A DNA stretch of 64,000 bases from assembly GCA_963812075.1 (NCBI GenBank), contig CAWETN010000011.1, positions 86,953-150,952 of the forward strand, read 5' to 3'. The notes beneath the pieces were generated by a model that was given only the letters and a program-made list of their open reading frames with translations, was not told the DNA's origin and did not search any database. The position numbers were made by a program, and so were the translations under genes. Source of the DNA: an uncultured Alphaproteobacteria bacterium. GTDB lineage: Bacteria; Pseudomonadota; Alphaproteobacteria; Acetobacterales; Acetobacteraceae. This document shows positions 59,550 to 64,000 of the stretch, one piece after another (position 1 is the stretch's first letter; each line of letters opens with the position of its first letter).

Positions 59550-60415
59550 TGCAGCTTGCCGGGCTGTTCGCCCAGATCCTCAACGGCGTGCAGTACGGGT
59601 TGCTGCTGTTCCTCATCAGCAGCGGTCTCACGCTGATCTTCGGCGTCATGCGGGTGATCAACCTGGCGCACGGCAGCCTGTTCATGATCGGCGCCTATCT
59701 CGCCTATGTGGTCGCCGGCGCGACCGGTTCGCTCTGGTTCGCGCTGCCCGCCGCGCTGGTCGGCGGTGCGTTGTTCGGCGCAGTGCTCGAGCACGTGCTG
59801 TTCCGCCGCTTCCGCGAGCGCGAGCACCTCGACCAGGTGCTGCTGACATTCGCGCTGATCCTGCTGTTCGAGGAGGCGCGCAGCGCTCTGGTGGACAACC
59901 AGTTCCACAGCGTCGCCGTGCCGGCGGTGCTGGACTTCCCGGTGCGCGTGACCACCGATTTCGCCTATTCCGCCTACCGCATCGCGGTGCTTGGCATCTG
60001 CCTTCTGGTCGCCGCGCTGATGTTCGCCGGGATCGAGCGCACCCGCATCGGCTCGGCCATCCGCGCCGCCGCCGAGAACGCCGAGATGGTCGATCTTCTC
60101 GGCATCGACGCGCGCCGGCTTCACACGCTGGTCTTCGCCGTCGGCACCGCGCTCGCCATGCTGGCCGGCGCGCTGGCGGCGCCGCTGCAGTCGGTCTATC
60201 CCGGCATGGGCGACGGGTTCCTCATCGTCTCCTTCGTGGTGGTGGTGATCGGCGGACTGGGCTCGATCGCCGGTGCGTTCTGGGCGGCACTGCTGATCGG
60301 GCTGATCGACACGCTCGGCAAAGCCTATGTGCCGCAGGCGGCGGGGGCCGCGATCTATGTGCTGATGGCGGCGGTGCTGCTGTTCCGGCCCACGGGCCTG
60401 TTCGCCAGAGGCTGA
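59549..60415 (+). CDS. branched-chain amino acid ABC transporter permease (LivH-like)
   Basis: 288 aa. NGVQYGLLLFLISSGLTLIFGVMRVINLAHGSLFMIGAY is the hallmark N-terminus. ATGA-type overlap with the binding-protein gene. Confidence 0.9.
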   Translation: MQLAGLFAQILNGVQYGLLLFLISSGLTLIFGVMRVINLAHGSLFMIGAYLAYVVAGATGSLWFALPAALVGGALFGAVLEHVLFRRFREREHLDQVLLTFALILLFEEARSALVDNQFHSVAVPAVLDFPVRVTTDFAYSAYRIAVLGICLLVAALMFAGIERTRIGSAIRAAAENAEMVDLLGIDARRLHTLVFAVGTALAMLAGALAAPLQSVYPGMGDGFLIVSFVVVVIGGLGSIAGAFWAALLIGLIDTLGKAYVPQAAGAAIYVLMAAVLLFRPTGLFARG

Positions 60416-60419
60416 CCCG

Positions 60420-61352
60420 GTGCGGTGCGCGTCGCCGCGCGGCAACCTGCTGCTGGCCGCGGCGGCGGTCGTCGTCGGATGCATGCCGTTCTACGCGACG
60501 CCGTACCACATGCAGCTCGCCTCGACGGCGATGATCGCGGCGATGTTCGCGCTCAGCCTGCAACTGCTGGTCGGCGGCGCGGGAATGGTCAGCCTGGCGC
60601 AGGCGGCGTTCTTCGGCCTCGGCGCCTACGCCGTGCACCTGCTCGGCCGCGCGCTTGGAGCGGCGCCGTCGATCCTGCTGAGCCTGCCGGTCTCCGCCGC
60701 CGTCGCGGGCATCGCCGCCCTGGCGATCGGACCGTTTGCCTTGCGCACGCGCGGCTTCTTCTTCCTGATGACGACGCTCGCCTTCGGCCAGATGCTGTTC
60801 TTCGTGTTCCACGACACGCCGGTCGGCGGCGGCATGGACGGCGTGTTCATCCTGCGCCCCGATCTCGGCTTCGCGCTGACGCGCACCGGCCGCACCCCGG
60901 CGCTGCTGCTGTTCAACCTTGGCGTGCTCGCGGCGATGTACGCGATGCTGTGGTGGCTGATGCACACGCTGTTCGGGCATGCGCTGCTGGGCATCCGCGC
61001 CAACGAGGACCGCATGCGCGCCATGGGCCACGACGTGGTGCGGCTCAAGCTTGCGGCGTTCGTCATCGCGGGTGCGCTCGCCGGCGTCGCCGGCCACATG
61101 GCCGCGCTGAACGACGCATTCGTCAACCCGGACCTGCTCGGCTGGCACCGCTCGGCCGAGGCGTTGCTGATCGTGCTGCTGGGCGGCATCGGCGTGCTGC
61201 ATGGCCCGATCGTGGGGGCATTTGCCTATACGCTGCTCGGCGAGGTCGGCCGCAGCGTCACCGAGCGCCAGCGCCTGGTCGAGGGCCTGGTGATGCTGCT
61301 CGCGGTGCTGTTGCTGCGCCGCGGTCTGGCCGGACTGCGGTTCGTGCGATGA
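60420..61352 (+). CDS. branched-chain amino acid ABC transporter permease (LivM-like)
   Basis: 310 aa. LVGGAGMVSLAQAAFFGLGAY and the membrane-spanning pattern fit. GTG start according to the track, so the exact start is uncertain. Confidence 0.85.
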   Translation: MRCASPRGNLLLAAAAVVVGCMPFYATPYHMQLASTAMIAAMFALSLQLLVGGAGMVSLAQAAFFGLGAYAVHLLGRALGAAPSILLSLPVSAAVAGIAALAIGPFALRTRGFFFLMTTLAFGQMLFFVFHDTPVGGGMDGVFILRPDLGFALTRTGRTPALLLFNLGVLAAMYAMLWWLMHTLFGHALLGIRANEDRMRAMGHDVVRLKLAAFVIAGALAGVAGHMAALNDAFVNPDLLGWHRSAEALLIVLLGGIGVLHGPIVGAFAYTLLGEVGRSVTERQRLVEGLVMLLAVLLLRRGLAGLRFVR

Positions 61353-62080
61353 CCGTAGCCTTGCAGGCGATCGGGGTCACCCGTCGGTTCGGCGGGCTGC
61401 TCGCGGTGGCGGACGTGTCGCTGGACGTCGCGTTAGGCGAGCTGCACGCGGTCATCGGTCCCAACGGCGCGGGCAAGAGCACGCTGATCAATCTGCTCGC
61501 GGGCGAACTGGCGCCGACATCCGGTGCGATCCGCATCGACGGGCGGGACGTCACCGGCTGGAGCGCCTGGCGCGTCGCACGCCGCGGCGTCGGGCGCTCG
61601 TTTCAGCGCAGCAACCTGATGCCCGGGATGACCGTGCTGGAGAACGCGCGTCTCGCGGTACCGGCGCGGCGGCTGTGGCGACGGCTGCGGAACGATGACG
61701 CATCGATACGGACGGCTCGTTCGGCGCTCGAACGCGTCGGCCTGTCCGATGTCGCCCTGTGTCTGGCCGGCACGCTGAGCCACGGACAGCTGCGCCAGCT
61801 CGAGATCGCCGTGGCGCTCGCGGGGCAGCCGAAGGTGCTGCTGCTGGACGAGCCGCTCGCCGGCATGGGCCCGGAGGAAAGCCAGACGTTCGCCGGCCTG
61901 CTGCGCGAATTGGCGCGCGACCACGCGGTGCTGCTGGTCGAGCACGACATGGACGTGGTGTTCGCCGTCGCGCACCGCCTGACGGTGATGCTGGACGGCC
62001 GCGTGCTGGCGAGCGGCACGCCGGAGGCGATCCGTGCGTCACAGCAGGTGCGCGACGTCTATCTGGGGCACGACGTATGA
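61349..62080 (+). CDS. ABC transporter ATP-binding protein (LivG-like)
   Basis: Tail of track ORF 60425..62080. Walker A is GPNGAGKST, the signature is LSHGQLRQLEIA, and Walker B is LLLDEPLAGM. Confidence 0.9.
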   Translation: MTVALQAIGVTRRFGGLLAVADVSLDVALGELHAVIGPNGAGKSTLINLLAGELAPTSGAIRIDGRDVTGWSAWRVARRGVGRSFQRSNLMPGMTVLENARLAVPARRLWRRLRNDDASIRTARSALERVGLSDVALCLAGTLSHGQLRQLEIAVALAGQPKVLLLDEPLAGMGPEESQTFAGLLRELARDHAVLLVEHDMDVVFAVAHRLTVMLDGRVLASGTPEAIRASQQVRDVYLGHDV

Positions 62081-62775
62081 GCGTGCCGGTCATCGAGGCG
62101 TGCGGCATTTCCGCCGGCTACGGCGCCAGCCAAGTACTGCGGGAGGTCGATTTCGCCGTGCATGCCGGCGAAACGATCGGCCTGATGGGCCGCAACGGCA
62201 TGGGCAAGACGACGCTGCTGCGGACGCTGCTCGGGCTGTTGGCGGTGCAGTCGGGCAGCGTGCTGCTGGACGGCGTCGATGTCACCGCGATGCCGGCGTT
62301 CCGCCGTGCGCAGCGCGGTATTGCCGTGGTACCGGAGAACCGCGGGGTGTTCGCGACCCTGTCGGTGATGGAGAACCTGCGCCTTGCCGCGCGGCCCGGC
62401 GCGTGGACCGAGCAACGCGTGCTGTCGCTGTTTCCCCGATTGTGGGAGCGCAACCGCCATCGCGGCAATCAGCTGTCGGGTGGCGAGCAGCAGATGCTGG
62501 CGATCGGCCGGGCGCTGATGACCAACCCGCGGCTGCTCGTGCTGGACGAGGCGACGGAGGGTCTGGCGCCGCTGGTGCGCGACGAGATCTGGCGCACGAT
62601 ACGGCTGGTGCGCGACAGCGGCATCGCTGTCGTGGTGGTGGACAGGACGGTGTCGGCGGTGCTGTCGCTTGCCGACCGGGTCACCGTGCTGGTGAAGGGC
62701 AGCGTGGCCTACAGCGGCGCGCCGCAGCCGCTGCGCGACGACGCCGCGCTGATGCAGCGGCATCTGGCCGTCTGA
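62077..62775 (+). CDS. ABC transporter ATP-binding protein (LivF-like)
   Basis: Tail of track ORF 61759..62775. Walker A is GRNGMGKTT, the signature is LSGGEQQMLAIGRAL, and Walker B is LVLDEATEGL. Confidence 0.9.
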   Translation: MSVPVIEACGISAGYGASQVLREVDFAVHAGETIGLMGRNGMGKTTLLRTLLGLLAVQSGSVLLDGVDVTAMPAFRRAQRGIAVVPENRGVFATLSVMENLRLAARPGAWTEQRVLSLFPRLWERNRHRGNQLSGGEQQMLAIGRALMTNPRLLVLDEATEGLAPLVRDEIWRTIRLVRDSGIAVVVVDRTVSAVLSLADRVTVLVKGSVAYSGAPQPLRDDAALMQRHLAV

Positions 62776-62799
62776 AGGCGCCGCGGGCGCCGGGACTCC

Positions 62800-63861
62800 C
62801 TACGACTTGAACTTCGGGATCACCTCCTCGCACAGCAGTTGCAGCGAGGTCAGCACGCGCTCGTGGGGGATCTGGCTGCCGCAGTTCATCTCGGCCAGGA
62901 TCCCGCTCAGCCCCAGCTCCTCGCGCAGCACGCCGAGACGGTCCACCACCTGCTGCGGTGTCCCGACGATGATCTTGCTGGCCAGTACCGTGTCGTAGTC
63001 GATCGACTGCAGCCGCTGTCCGCGCTCGGCGCGGTTCTCGATCGCCCGCGCGCCTTCCAGCCGCGCCGACTCCTCGATCCGCTCGCCGAGATAGCGGTAG
63101 AAGTGCATCACGCTTTCTTCCGGCTCGGAGCGGGCACGCGCCTCGGTCGGCGCGACATAGACCGGCACGCGCAGGAACACCTGACCGTCGCCGGGATGGC
63201 CGGCCTCGGTCCATGCCTCGCGATACGCCTTCAGGTTGGGGCCCAGCTCGGACAGGTCGCCCAGCCGCGTGGCGCAGAAGATCGGGTTCCCCATCGCGCC
63301 GTTGCCCGGATAGGTGTCCGGGCTGGTCGCTGCCACGCGGATCTCCGGATATGGCTTCTGGTAGGGCTTAGGGACTAGGTATACATCGCTGAAATTATAG
63401 TATTTTCCGTGAAAGCTGAAGCGTTCCTGGGTCCACGCCCGCTTGAGGATCTCCAGCACCTCGGTGAACCGCTCGCGGCTTTCCGCATACGACACGCCGT
63501 ACGCCTGGTAGACCCGCGGAAACCCGCTGCGCCCGACGCCGAAGATCAGCCGGCCATGGCTGACATGGTCCACCGTCGCCACCTCTTCGGCCAGCTGGAG
63601 CGGGTGGCACAGCGGCAGCACCTGGACGGCGGTGCCGATCTTCATCCGCTTGGTCCGCGCGGCGATCGCGGTGGCGAGCATCAGCGGTGCGGCCAGCACC
63701 GAGCGCTCGGGCGCGGTGTGCAGTTCCGCCAGCCACATCACGTCGAGCCCATAGCGTTCGGCCGCGTCCACCTGCTCGAAGGAGTCGGCGAACGCCTCCT
63801 CCTCGGTCTGTCCCGGTACCCGCATAAACTCGTGGAACATGCCGAATTCCATGGTCGTCAC
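62800..63861 (-). CDS. LLM-class (luciferase-like) flavin-dependent oxidoreductase
   Basis: Intact 353 aa. FGMFHEF...DVMWLAELH...GRLIFGVGRSG fits the bacterial luciferase-like TIM-barrel pattern. Confidence 0.8.
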   Translation of the reverse strand: MTTMEFGMFHEFMRVPGQTEEEAFADSFEQVDAAERYGLDVMWLAELHTAPERSVLAAPLMLATAIAARTKRMKIGTAVQVLPLCHPLQLAEEVATVDHVSHGRLIFGVGRSGFPRVYQAYGVSYAESRERFTEVLEILKRAWTQERFSFHGKYYNFSDVYLVPKPYQKPYPEIRVAATSPDTYPGNGAMGNPIFCATRLGDLSELGPNLKAYREAWTEAGHPGDGQVFLRVPVYVAPTEARARSEPEESVMHFYRYLGERIEESARLEGARAIENRAERGQRLQSIDYDTVLASKIIVGTPQQVVDRLGVLREELGLSGILAEMNCGSQIPHERVLTSLQLLCEEVIPKFKS

Positions 63862-63883
63862 TCTCCCTTCGGTGCCGATGCCG

Positions 63884-64000
63884 CTAGTAGCCGCGTGCCG
63901 GGTCGAACAGGTTGGGCATCGGCCGGCCGTCCTGCCGGGCGCGCAGATTATCGAAGAACAGGTCGAGGCTGTGGGGATTGTAGGTCGCCGGATCGTCGAC
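63884..64000 (-). CDS. 3' end of an unidentified gene (partial, continues beyond the window)
   Basis: Hand translation of the minus strand gives ...VDDPATYNPHSLDLFFDNLRARQDGRPMPNLFDPARGYY*, with the stop complement at 63884-63886. It lies 22 nt upstream of the LLM gene on the same strand. Confidence 0.4.
   Translation of the reverse strand, partial: VDDPATYNPHSLDLFFDNLRARQDGRPMPNLFDPARGY

Overview
High-GC bacterial chromosomal segment, by eye about 65-72% G+C (not computed). The first ~600 nt are much AT-richer: a hand count of the first 60 nt gives 26 G+C. Gene content and synteny suggest an alphaproteobacterium (inference only): rpsU / def / COQ9-family gene, lipA next to a COQ10/RatA-family gene, a petA-like gene, EmrAB-like efflux and a Liv-type ABC importer. 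I can support about 65 protein-coding loci. I saw no rRNA, tRNA, CRISPR array, transposase or integrase.

Most content is housekeeping or metabolic:
- housekeeping: guaA, rpsU, def, ribF, lipA, gshB, epmA/epmB, MetE-like methionine synthase
- ThDP enzymes and 2-hydroxyacid dehydrogenases
- a molybdopterin large subunit and a GMC oxidoreductase
- transporters

Four things stand out:
1. Many conserved genes, including guaA, need isolated frame changes to be read through. This looks more like assembly indels than biology, so I label these loci pseudogene with that caveat.
2. A minus-strand cluster has an orphan anti-sigma factor, then a secreted ~822-aa protein with two CxxCH motifs, then a GMC oxidoreductase. 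A catalase-related gene and a small conserved ORF lie beside it.
3. A compact sigma-54 module: a strong -24/-12 promoter in front of a small secreted Arg/Asp/Glu-rich protein, followed by sensor kinase, NtrC-type activator and a beta-barrel outer membrane protein.
4. An E2/E3-less ThDP operon: ABM-fold protein, E1 alpha, E1 beta, an internally duplicated unknown protein, and an acetolactate-synthase-like enzyme.

All functional calls rest on motif and family recognition by eye. No database search was run.
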